Origin: a virus
Reading direction: 5' to 3' (one strand)
UHGV virus genome: UHGV-2079062
Length of the DNA stretch: 39,037 bases
This document shows positions 19,299 to 28,087 of the stretch, in pieces. The position numbers were made by a program, and so were the translations under genes. The notes beneath the pieces were generated by a model. It ran no database searches. It saw only the letters and a program-made list of their open reading frames with translations, and had not been told where the DNA came from. How positions within the stretch are numbered: position 1 is the stretch's first letter; each line of letters begins with the position of its first letter.

Positions 19299-21027
19299 TT
19301 AAAGCGAGCGGATCCCATAGGACTCAATGTGGTCAGACAGCGTGTCTTCTTTCCCGTACAGCATGGCTCTGCCAACCGCCATAATCAGCGCCACTGCACC
19401 ATCGATTTTGTTTTCCGCCTGCTCTTTGACGGGCTTCACCACATCATCGTTACCCGGAATGGTTTTGCCGACCACGTTGCCGATACACCAGGTCATGATG
19501 GGATTGCCATCATGATGAAAGCGCCCCGATTCAATTGCCGCTTCCAGCTCTTTCATCGGGTCGGACATGTTGGTGTAGTTCTGAATGATAGTGATGGGGT
19601 TCAGGTCTTCATCAGCAAGGTCATGTGACAACCCGGTCGCCCCGAAGGGGTCGATGGGTGACTCACTGACCGGGCTGATTTTGTTCGCCGCTTTGGCCTC
19701 CTCGAGGATGTAGCGATAATCCACCTCCGCACCATCGGTAACGGTCAGAACGCCCATTTCCACCCATTTCTGAAAGCGTTCGGCTGTCCGGCGATCTTCA
19801 TTTTTCTCGACGCTATACACCGTGTCATACGGTACCCAGAAACGCGGGGCCACACTGTAGTAATGCGTTTTACCGTCAATCTCGCGGGTATAAAGTCGCG
19901 CCATGCTGTTCATATCCAGCTTACGCGCCAGGTCAAAGGCCAGAATGCACGGCTGCCCCTCGAACTGCTCAAGAGTCAGTGATTTATCCTCGCAGCTCTG
20001 CCAGCTCACCAGGTTGAAATACGCCGAACGCGCCGACACCCAGATATTGAGGTGTTTTGTTTTAAAGACGTTTGCCAGACGGGCGTTATTTTTCGCACGC
20101 TGCTGCTGACTTAACAAAAATTCGCGATAAACCGACACGCCAATATTTGGATTGGCTTTTTCCAGCACCTGCGGGTCGGTCCAGTCGTCACCTTCATCAA
20201 CGGTATAGATGATCCCGAACAGTTCATCGTTAGGCACCGAGCCGTTGAGCATCTCGATGACTTCCCGCCGTTTGTCGTAGCACGGCCCCTCAATGTTGTA
20301 CCCGGCGGTGGTGATGGCCCACATCAGTGGCTGACGTCGCGCCCCCATCCCGGTAAGCATTGTGGTATAAAGCGCATCGGTGGCATGCTCGTGATATTCA
20401 TCAACCACGGCACAGTGGGGTGATGAACCATCACCTGGGTTGCCGATCAGCGGTTCAAACCGCGCGCCATCCTCCGGACGGTTCATGTTTGAGGCGTTAA
20501 CCTCAATCCCGAACGCTTCCGTCAGCATGGGTGTGCGTTTACACATCAGTCGCGCCGGGCGAAAGACTTCCCACGCCTGTTTCTCTGTCGTGGCACCGGA
20601 ATACACTTCCGCGCCAAACTCGTTATCACAGGCAAAACAATACAGGGCGACACCGGCAGAGATTGCCGATTTGCCGTTCTTACGGGGGATTTCGGTATAC
20701 ACGGAAGCGGCGCAGCCGGGAGCCTTTATTGACCCAGCCAAACGCACAGCAGATCACAAAGAGCTGCCACGGTTCCAGCGTGATGGGCATCCTCTTGAAT
20801 GCCCACTCCCCCTTGGTGTGTGGCAACAGCTGAATAAATTTCGCGGCCCGTTCAGCCAGGTCCTTGTCGAAGCGGTAACGAAACGACTTACTTTTTTCCG
20901 CCATCAGGTCATCAAGATGGCGCTGGCAGGCCTGAATCACAAACTGGCAGGCCACAATCTTTCCGCGCACGACATCACGGGCATACTGATTGGCAGCATT
21001 TACGTTGGGGTAAGATTTCCGGCTCAT
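19299..21027 (-). pseudogene. terminase large subunit, apparently frameshifted (N-terminal 20680..21027 and C-terminal 19299..20747 in different frames)
   Basis: N-terminal ORF ends ...[19 protein letters not shown] while the +1 frame continues ...[12 protein letters not shown] (Walker A) and the rest of TerL; frame switch localised to about 20690..20705. Confidence 0.75.
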
Positions 21028-21527
21028 GATTCGATGATTTTCAGAAACGGGTTAGTGGCTTTCTTCTGCCCCGCCAGGCCAATCAGACGCTGGCGGCTGC
21101 TGGGGTCGAGTCCGAGCATTGCCCCCGTGCTGCTCATCTCGGACTCCTGTTCTTTCTTGGCGGTCAGCTCCGGATTTTTGACCATACCGCCCATTGCACC
21201 GGTGATGGTGTTGCCCTGTCTGGCAATATTTTTCACGGCACGTCGCCAGAACTCATAGGCCACGCACCACCGCTCAAGTACCGCTAGGTCAGTCACGCAC
21301 AGCAGGCCCTGACCGCAGAGTTCTTTGGTTGTCAGTTGCCACATGATCGTGGCGAGAGGGAGATCCTCTTCAGCGAACCACTCCGGTGGCTCAACACCTT
21401 TGATGGGCGTAAAAACAGGTTCATCTTTGTTCAGGGCTCGCTTGCCGGGGTTTCCGGACAGCGCCTTGCGCGCCGTTGGCTTGGGGCGACGCCCGGAACG
21501 CCCCGCCGTTCCAGCCATATGCGGCAC
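21024..21527 (-). CDS. phage terminase small subunit (P27 family)
   Basis: 167-aa ORF immediately upstream of terL with ATGA overlap; basic N-terminus. Confidence 0.8.
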   Translation of the reverse strand: MPHMAGTAGRSGRRPKPTARKALSGNPGKRALNKDEPVFTPIKGVEPPEWFAEEDLPLATIMWQLTTKELCGQGLLCVTDLAVLERWCVAYEFWRRAVKNIARQGNTITGAMGGMVKNPELTAKKEQESEMSSTGAMLGLDPSSRQRLIGLAGQKKATNPFLKIIES

Positions 21528-21643
21528 TCCTGGTTAAATTTCATTTTTCGCGGGTATAAAAAAACGATGGGGCGGGCAGTCCGGAAGACGTCAGGCCGCA
21601 GGGATTTGACCCGCCCCTCCCCTCAGGCAGTTGAGAATCATTA

Positions 21644-21994
21644 TCACTTCAACCGTTCACGGGCCGTCTTCGCCTTATGACACGGCCAGCACAGACTCTG
21701 CAGATTACAGTCGGCATCAGTGCCGCCATGCGCTTTAGGGATGATGTGGTCAACAGTTTTCGCCTCACGCACCACACCAGCACGCAGACATAACTGACAC
21801 AGGCCTTTGTCACGCTTCAGAATGCGCGTACGTATAACATCCCACTTAGAACCATAACCACGCTGATGACGGGACTGTCCTGGCTTGTATTGCTTCCAGC
21901 CTTCGCTTTTGTGGCTTTCGCAATAACCTGACGGGTCAGTGGTGGTATGGCGGCAGCCGCGAACACGGCAGGCTTTTGGGGTTCGTGGGGGCAT
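21644..21994 (-). CDS. HNH endonuclease (packaging-associated)
   Basis: 116-aa ORF with Cys-rich zinc-finger and H-N-H motifs (DHIIPKAHGG...N...CWPCH); directly upstream of terS as in HK97-like cos phages. Confidence 0.85.
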   Translation of the reverse strand: MPPRTPKACRVRGCRHTTTDPSGYCESHKSEGWKQYKPGQSRHQRGYGSKWDVIRTRILKRDKGLCQLCLRAGVVREAKTVDHIIPKAHGGTDADCNLQSLCWPCHKAKTARERLK

Positions 21995-22518
21995 ATGTAC
22001 TCCAATGAAGAAACCAGCGAAATAGCTGCCTTCATTCGTAGTAAACCTTTTTCATCAACGCAGTAATGGATTCTTTGAAGAGTCGCGATCAATACAACTC
22101 ACTAATGGAGAGACTTGTCTCACGCATGAGACAAATTTCCCGTTTGATTTAATGGACACTATAGAGGGACAGAATGCCTTCCTCACTCGAATCACATCAA
22201 TTAAGGAGGTTCAACATGTTTCATTCCACAAGTCATCAGGCTGTAATTATGGCAGCATCAGTTTGTGCCAAAGACCTTTTCCGCTTCACTTTGAGCCTGA
22301 TTCATTTCTACCTGACCGGCTCGCCTCTATCTTTTTAATCCCCGCTTTATCCAAATTGCATTGCCATAATGCCGACAACACACTGACATTCAAATCCAGA
22401 CTACCTCCAATAGTCTGACCGTACACCTATATAGTTTTAATTTTCATCAATCCATTTAACTATCGTTTAATTGTTGTCACATAGGATTCTGCTGTTTTTA
22501 ACAATACAGGATAATAAG

Positions 22519-22812
22519 ATGAAAAAAATGTTGTTTTCTGCCGCTCTGGCAATGCTTATTACAGGATGTGCTCAACAGACGTTTACTGTTGGAAACAAAC
22601 CGACAGCAGTAACACCAAAGGAAACCATCACCCATCATTTCTTCGTTTCGGGAATTGGACAGGAGAAAACTGTTGATGCAGCCAAAATTTGTGGCGGCGC
22701 AGAAAATGTTGTTAAAACAGAAACCCAGCAAACATTCGTAAATGGATTGCTCGGTTTTATTACTTTAGGCATTTATACTCCGCTGGAAGCGCGTGTGTAT
22801 TGCTCACAATAA
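22519..22812 (+). CDS. bor: Bor lipoprotein (serum-resistance protein)
   Basis: 97-aa ORF MKKMLFSAALAMLITGCAQQTF... with lipobox LITGC, near-identical to recalled lambda Bor; opposite strand just after Rz, as in lambda. Real start at ATG 22519 rather than track start 22471. Confidence 0.9.
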   Translation: MKKMLFSAALAMLITGCAQQTFTVGNKPTAVTPKETITHHFFVSGIGQEKTVDAAKICGGAENVVKTETQQTFVNGLLGFITLGIYTPLEARVYCSQ

Positions 22813-22843
22813 TTGCATGAGTTGCCCATCGATATGGGCAGCT

Positions 22844-23305
22844 CTATCTGCACTGCTCATTAATATACTTCTGGGTTCCTTCCAGTTGTTTTTGCATAGT
22901 GATCAGCCTCTCTCTGAGGGTGAAATAATCCCGTTCAGCGGTGTCTGCCAGTCGGGGGGAGGCTGCATTATCCACGCCGGAGGCGGTGGTGGCTTCACGC
23001 ACTGACTGACAGACTGCTTTGATGTGCAACCGACGACGACCAGCGGCAACATCATCACGCAGAGCATCATTTTCAGCTTTCGCATCAGCTAACTCCTTCG
23101 TGTATTTTGCATCGAGCGCAGCAACATCACGCTGACGCATCTGCATGTCAGTAATTGCCGCGTTCGCCAGCTTCAGTTCTCTGGCATTTTTGTCGCGCTG
23201 GGCTTTGTAGGTAATGGCGTTATCACGGTAATGATTAACAGCCCATGACAGGCCGACGATGATGCAGATAACCAGAGCGGAGATAATCGCGGTTACTCTG
23301 TTCAT
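22844..23305 (-). CDS. Rz: i-spanin Rz
   Basis: About 153-aa ORF with N-terminal TM helix and coiled-coil periplasmic domain, matching lambda Rz; start taken at MNRVTAII. Confidence 0.85.
   Translation of the reverse strand: MNRVTAIISALVICIIVGLSWAVNHYRDNAITYKAQRDKNARELKLANAAITDMQMRQRDVAALDAKYTKELADAKAENDALRDDVAAGRRRLHIKAVCQSVREATTASGVDNAASPRLADTAERDYFTLRERLITMQKQLEGTQKYINEQCR
22903..23085 (-). CDS. Rz1: o-spanin Rz1, embedded in Rz in the +1 frame
   Basis: 60-aa ORF with lipobox VVGC and proline-rich region ([13 protein letters not shown]), matching lambda Rz1. Confidence 0.85.
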   Translation of the reverse strand: MRKLKMMLCVMMLPLVVVGCTSKQSVSQCVKPPPPPAWIMQPPPDWQTPLNGIISPSERG

Positions 23306-23799
23306 TGCTGACCCCACAAACAGATTTCACGCTCAATCTCACGACGAGTCATGAGACCTTTCCATTGCTTACCGCCAGCATATGTCCAGCGACGTAGCTG
23401 ATCACATGCGCCTTTGATATCGCCTTGGTTTATTTTGCGAAGAAGCGTCGATGTTCTGAAATTGCCAGCACCCACGTTGTAAACGAATGAGTAAAGAGCG
23501 CCGCGCATTGTTTCCGGTATATCGACTTTGATGTACGGGTTAATTTGTCTGGCGACCGTGGCAAGGTCTTTATTCAGGAGGGCTTTGCATTCTGCTTTGG
23601 TATACGTTTTACCGAGCATGATGTCTTTTCCTGTATGCCCGTGACATACAGTCCATACACCAACAATATCTTTGTATGGTATGTAGCTGACACCTTCCAG
23701 ACCATCGTTACCACTTGGGCCAGTAATTAACACTGATGCTATAGCAATTGCTCCGCCACCAATAGCAGCAGCAACGGCTTTTCGTAATGATGGAGGCAT
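23302..23799 (-). CDS. R: SAR endolysin (lysozyme, phage 21 R-type)
   Basis: 165-aa ORF with N-terminal Gly/Ala-rich signal-anchor-release domain followed by lysozyme catalytic region. Confidence 0.9.
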   Translation of the reverse strand: MPPSLRKAVAAAIGGGAIAIASVLITGPSGNDGLEGVSYIPYKDIVGVWTVCHGHTGKDIMLGKTYTKAECKALLNKDLATVARQINPYIKVDIPETMRGALYSFVYNVGAGNFRTSTLLRKINQGDIKGACDQLRRWTYAGGKQWKGLMTRREIEREICLWGQQ

Positions 23800-24014
23800 T
23801 ATTCACCTCTCGCAGCCTTGCGCTTATCTTCTTTAATCTTGAAATAAAGGTTTGTCAGGTACGTCAGCAGGCCAAATACCAGGCTACCCAGCACACCTAT
23901 TGCTGCCCACTGTGAGGGCGTGACTTTATCGAGCAGCTGTAAAAACCAGTAACCGGCACTACCTGCTGAGGTGCCATAGGCGACACCCGTTGTTAACTTA
24001 TCCATGGATTTCAT
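23799..24014 (-). CDS. S: pinholin (phage 21 S-type), dual-start MKSM
   Basis: 71-aa ORF with two TM segments and charged C-terminus; Met1/Met4 dual-start motif. Confidence 0.9.
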
Positions 24015-24575
24015 AACCCCACCTCGCAGACAAAGCGGGTGTAAATTGAGGGAATACTACGAAACGTAACAGACTCGGAGTCAGTGAATAACTCAGGTAT
24101 TGGGTTATCAGCTAATATCGAGACTCAAAAAATGGAAAAACCCGCTCGACGGCGGGTTTAAGCTGTGTGACGAAGTAACCACTCTTAACAGCATAACCAA
24201 TTTTTTACGTACGTAAACCACTAAATGATATTTGCGAGAATGCTACCGAGTATTGAAAACACCACTACAAATACATAAGCAAATCCCAACAAATAATTTC
24301 CAGTGTTATTTTTAGCCGGTTTAAATTGAACCTTCAAATTATAGAGCACTTATAAATAACAGCCGTTAATATAAATTGGCTAATAGATTTATTTTTATTC
24401 AGCAAAGAGCCATGAATAGGATTCGATAGAAAAAAGTTCAGATAAAAATAGAGATCTACTTCACAAATCAAACGAGAAACCAAAACTTACATCTTGAAAT
24501 AATCACATTGATTAGATGAATATTTATCGCGCAGTGACATCATTTTTTAATAATAGTTCAAAAAAAGGGCTCACG

Positions 24576-25673
24576 ATGAAAAAATTAACAGTGGCAATTT
24601 CTGCTGTAGCTGCATCAGTACTGATGGCGATGTCTGCTCAGGCAGCTGAAATTTATAATAAAGACAGTAACAAGCTGGATCTGTACGGGAAAGTTAATGC
24701 TAAGCACTACTTCTCCTCTAATGATGCAGATGATGGTGATACTACTTATGCCCGTCTTGGCTTCAAAGGTGAAACCCAAATCAACGATCAACTGACTGGT
24801 TTCGGTCAGTGGGAATATGAATTCAAAGGCAACCGCGCTGAATCTCAAGGTTCCTCCAAAGATAAAACCCGTCTTGCCTTCGCTGGCCTGAAATTCGGTG
24901 ACTACGGCTCCATCGATTACGGCCGTAACTACGGTGTAGCATACGACATCGGTGCGTGGACTGACGTCCTGCCAGAATTCGGTGGTGACACTTGGACTCA
25001 AACCGACGTGTTCATGACTCAACGTGCAACTGGTGTTGCAACCTATCGTAACAACGACTTCTTTGGTCTGGTTGATGGTCTGAACTTTGCTGCTCAGTAC
25101 CAAGGCAAAAACGATCGTAGCGATTTCGATAACTACACTGAAGGTAACGGTGATGGCTTCGGTTTCTCTGCTACCTATGAATACGAAGGATTCGGTATCG
25201 GTGCAACTTATGCGAAATCTGATCGTACCGACACTCAAGTTAATGCAGGGAAAGTTCTTCCTGAAGTATTTGCTTCCGGTAAAAATGCAGAAGTTTGGGC
25301 CGCAGGTCTGAAATATGACGCTAACAACATTTACCTGGCCACTACCTATTCTGAAACCCAGAATATGACTGTATTTGCTGATCACTTCGTTGCTAATAAA
25401 GCCCAAAACTTCGAAGCTGTTGCACAATATCAGTTCGATTTCGGTCTGCGTCCGTCCGTTGCTTACCTGCAATCTAAAGGTAAGGATCTTGGAGTATGGG
25501 GCGATCAGGACTTAGTCAAATATGTTGATGTAGGTGCAACCTATTACTTCAACAAAAATATGTCTACTTTCGTTGATTACAAAATCAACCTGCTTGACAA
25601 AAATGACTTCACTAAAGCACTCGGTGTAAGCACTGATGACATCGTTGCTGTAGGTCTGGTTTACCAGTTCTAA
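24576..25673 (+). CDS. nmpC: outer membrane porin, OmpC/OmpF/PhoE family (prophage NmpC/Lc-type), apparently intact
   Basis: 365-aa ORF from [23 protein letters not shown] signal peptide to C-terminal ...VYQF; located between Q and the lysis genes on the opposite strand as in DLP12/PA-2. Track ORF 24516 start is an upstream in-frame extension. Confidence 0.9.
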   Translation: MKKLTVAISAVAASVLMAMSAQAAEIYNKDSNKLDLYGKVNAKHYFSSNDADDGDTTYARLGFKGETQINDQLTGFGQWEYEFKGNRAESQGSSKDKTRLAFAGLKFGDYGSIDYGRNYGVAYDIGAWTDVLPEFGGDTWTQTDVFMTQRATGVATYRNNDFFGLVDGLNFAAQYQGKNDRSDFDNYTEGNGDGFGFSATYEYEGFGIGATYAKSDRTDTQVNAGKVLPEVFASGKNAEVWAAGLKYDANNIYLATTYSETQNMTVFADHFVANKAQNFEAVAQYQFDFGLRPSVAYLQSKGKDLGVWGDQDLVKYVDVGATYYFNKNMSTFVDYKINLLDKNDFTKALGVSTDDIVAVGLVYQF

Positions 25674-25810
25674 TCTGATTACGAAAAAGATATGTTGCGG
25701 GAGGCGTTGCCTCCCCAACATATAAGTGGCTCCCTCAAGCCACTTCCTTTAGAAGCACAACCTTGCTTCTAACTATATAAACCTTCTGTTATATATTACC
25801 CTTTATTTTT

Positions 25811-25835
25811 GGGGGCGTCTCAACGCCCCATTTTT
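25811..25835 (+). terminator. rho-independent terminator downstream of porin gene
   Basis: GGGGGCG-tctcaa-CGCCCC stem-loop followed by TTTTT. Confidence 0.6.
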
Positions 25836-25862
25836 AATAACTTTTAGTAAATAATTGGCATA

Positions 25863-26246
25863 TTAATTAGAGTTATTAACAACGATATCCATCTCTAACC
25901 GGATATCTAATGCCATTAACATCCCTTCAATTATGCCCTCAGCCTTCTGTAACCTTTTCCCGATATAACCATCAGAGCAGCAATGCTTACCTGCCAGTGA
26001 CATGAATGTCATACCGACTACATAATAATCTACTAATAAATCGTGCAAATCGCTGTTGTTCTTTTTCAGACGGGCCATGCACCCGCAAATAATCATCGCG
26101 TCATCGTCACAACATTGCGGGCGAGATTTTACTTTTGAAGTAATTAATCCCTTAAAACCGGCGGCAATGGACGACCAGGTCACATCTTCATGATTATTAG
26201 CCGCCCACGCTCCCCAACGCTCAAGAACCATCTGAATATCACGCAT
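25863..26246 (-). CDS. late-gene antiterminator Q (DLP12 QuuD-like)
   Basis: 127-aa ORF with Cys-rich zinc motif; ATG at 26246 preceded by GGAG; positioned upstream of late/lysis region after rusA-ylcG. Confidence 0.8.
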   Translation of the reverse strand: MRDIQMVLERWGAWAANNHEDVTWSSIAAGFKGLITSKVKSRPQCCDDDAMIICGCMARLKKNNSDLHDLLVDYYVVGMTFMSLAGKHCCSDGYIGKRLQKAEGIIEGMLMALDIRLEMDIVVNNSN

Positions 26247-26331
26247 CAACTTACTCCACAAAAATCAGACCAGAACGCCAATTACAAGCAAAAATCAACA
26301 AAACAGTATTAGTTGATTGTTATCTCTGACT

Positions 26332-26469
26332 TCATACTCCTGCTCCTGTCAGGGTTTTGGCGTAATTCTTCAGTATTCGGTAATCGGTCAAAACAGAACT
26401 GGGGAAACGATATAAGCGCAGGCGCATCCAGCGGTGGCGAAGAAGTTCTGCCATATTAAACTCAAACAT
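26332..26469 (-). CDS. ylcG: small protein YlcG-like
   Basis: 45-aa ORF ([45 protein letters not shown]) translated by hand; start overlaps rusA stop (TGATG). Confidence 0.55.
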   Translation of the reverse strand: MFEFNMAELLRHRWMRLRLYRFPSSVLTDYRILKNYAKTLTGAGV

Positions 26470-26831
26470 CATTCATTCCCCATTTCGGTGATGGTCAGTT
26501 CCAGCCTCCCACCTTTGGTAACAGGCATCTTCACAACGCGGTAATCAACGACCTGAGCATCATCCAGCCAGAAACCTGCTTTAGTGAGTGCGTCAAAAGC
26601 GGCTTTTTGCAGATTATCCAGGTCACGGCGACGGCGATCCGGCATGTGGCACTCAATGCGGATTTTCACAGGGATAGCCAGGCCGATATCCAGCATTGCG
26701 TTTTTAATGATTCTGGCGACGTTATCGCGGTATGCCTGCCCCTCTGCGCTGACGTGCGTGCGCCCGCGATTATGGCGGTAATAGCGATTATTGCTCGGAG
26801 GCCAGGGTAATGTGATGCTGTAGGTATTCAC
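26469..26831 (-). CDS. rusA: crossover junction endodeoxyribonuclease RusA (Holliday junction resolvase)
   Basis: 120-aa [21 protein letters not shown]... matching recalled RusA. Confidence 0.9.
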   Translation of the reverse strand: MNTYSITLPWPPSNNRYYRHNRGRTHVSAEGQAYRDNVARIIKNAMLDIGLAIPVKIRIECHMPDRRRRDLDNLQKAAFDALTKAGFWLDDAQVVDYRVVKMPVTKGGRLELTITEMGNE

Positions 26832-26850
26832 GCCTTAATAATCCCCTCTT

Positions 26851-27045
26851 TCAGCCACATAACCTGTGTTTTCGCCATACCTTCCAGCGCGCATTCTTTT
26901 GCATATGCAGCATCGACTTGCTTGGCATGCCCTTTACCGGCAATCTTCTGTATGCGCTAAACCTAGATAGAATCCACTCTGTGCTCATTGAAGCCCGCTC
27001 TATGCTTCCTTTCTGGTATTGAAGGGATTGAGATGGGCTAAGCAT
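26851..27045 (-). pseudogene. ninF-like 5' start fused out of frame to a YbcO/DUF1364-like 3' remnant
   Basis: ORF begins [18 protein letters not shown] (NinF-like) then diverges; a different frame over 26832..26955 encodes ...[29 protein letters not shown] resembling the YbcO C-terminus, preceded by in-frame stops. Confidence 0.4.
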
Positions 27046-27385
27046 TATTGGCCTCCTGCATCAGGAGAAAGACAATCATGGCGGCGCGGAGAGGTCTGGT
27101 ATCAAATATTGGGCTTACGCCTTTTGCATCCACACACCATTCAGTTAACTGGTCTAAGATAGAAATCCTGTATTTCTCAATAATCGGCCATGAAGCGCTC
27201 GGATCATTGCAGTAGTCAGGCAAATGATTTAATGGCTCAAAAGTTGTATCAGCATTTCCGTAATACCATTTGTTGGTGTTATTCCCTGATGTTTCCGGTT
27301 TACTTGCCCAAAGGCCTTTAAAAATTATGTCTCCTACCATTCTGTTAATTTCAAAATCACTTAACTGTGAATAATCCATTGTCAT
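27038..27385 (-). CDS. hypothetical nin-region protein (115 aa)
   Basis: ORF with GAGGAA ribosome-binding site; ATG overlaps stop of upstream ninE-like gene (ATGA); no family recognised. Confidence 0.5.
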   Translation of the reverse strand: MTMDYSQLSDFEINRMVGDIIFKGLWASKPETSGNNTNKWYYGNADTTFEPLNHLPDYCNDPSASWPIIEKYRISILDQLTEWCVDAKGVSPIFDTRPLRAAMIVFLLMQEANNA

Positions 27386-27563
27386 TTCCTCGCACGATAT
27401 CTTAGCCACCGGATATCCCACAGGTGAGCTGTGTAATTGAAGGTTTTTACGTCAGATTCTTTTGGGATTGNNNNNNNNNNNNNNNNNNNNNGGAGCGTTT
27501 CGTTGGAAGGTATTTGCAGTTTTCGCAGATGATGTCGGTGAAACTTCGTCGCTGTCGCCTCAT
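27382..27563 (-). CDS. NinE-like protein, interrupted by assembly gap
   Basis: N-terminal [24 protein letters not shown] (27563..27492) and C-terminal [28 protein letters not shown] (to 27382) flank the N run; the two halves are not in the same frame across the 21-N placeholder. Confidence 0.55.
27471..27491. other. run of 21 N: assembly gap or masked bases
   Basis: Directly visible in the sequence. Confidence 0.98.
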
Positions 27564-28087
27564 GCCGCCCTCCTGACGCCCTGCCCGATCGCCATCAATG
27601 CCGCTTTGGATACGGTAGTAAACATCCGTCGAGGACTGATGAACGGTCGCCAAATCAGCAGCATGGAGCCTTTGCTGTTTCCCTTCTTCTCCAACCCTGT
27701 CGATGGTTCGATAAAATTAATCCGTCCATCAGTGATAATGCGAACTTCGTCGACACTCTCCAGAGCCTTGCTGAACCATCCGACTGACATATCCTCTGGC
27801 ACAAGCATAACTACCGTCTGTCGCTGTTGTATGCACTGCTCAGCGGCTTTTTCCACCCACGGCCTGATATTGCTGTACGGTGGGTTATTCCAGATTGCAC
27901 CGTGGCTTACCCACTCAGAATTGAGCGCGTCGTCGGCCTCAGTTAGCCAGTGAGCACACAGAGCATTTTTGTCGCTCGCTGCCGAATCCAGCCAGAATCC
28001 AAACTCAATATCCAGTGCATCAAAAAGCCAAAGCGGCGTTTGCCAGCAGTCCTTGTCGTGTGCTGGCGTATTTGATTTGATTGTCAT
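27560..28087 (-). CDS. phage DNA N6-adenine methyltransferase (Dam-like)
   Basis: About 175-aa ORF with NPPY catalytic motif; ATG at 28087 overlaps ninB stop; nin-region position. Confidence 0.8.
   Translation of the reverse strand: MTIKSNTPAHDKDCWQTPLWLFDALDIEFGFWLDSAASDKNALCAHWLTEADDALNSEWVSHGAIWNNPPYSNIRPWVEKAAEQCIQQRQTVVMLVPEDMSVGWFSKALESVDEVRIITDGRINFIEPSTGLEKKGNSKGSMLLIWRPFISPRRMFTTVSKAALMAIGQGVRRAA

Noticed and set aside
20440-21258. 272-aa plus-strand ORF
   Set aside because: Antisense to terL and terS, which have clear protein-family signatures; typical GC-rich shadow ORF.
22152-22418. 88-aa plus-strand ORF in the HNH-bor intergenic region
   Set aside because: No ribosome-binding site at its start and an unconvincing composition; the shorter 40-codon ORF with a strong Shine-Dalgarno in another frame is the better candidate and is reported separately.
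24615-25472. 285-aa minus-strand ORF antisense to the porin gene
   Set aside because: Entirely overlaps the well-supported porin CDS on the opposite strand; no ribosome-binding site or recognisable domain. Treated as a shadow ORF, although late transcription does pass antisense here.
27447-27653. 68-aa ORF reading across the N gap
   Set aside because: Artefact of translating through 21 ambiguous bases; its informative part is the NinE-like N-terminus already annotated.
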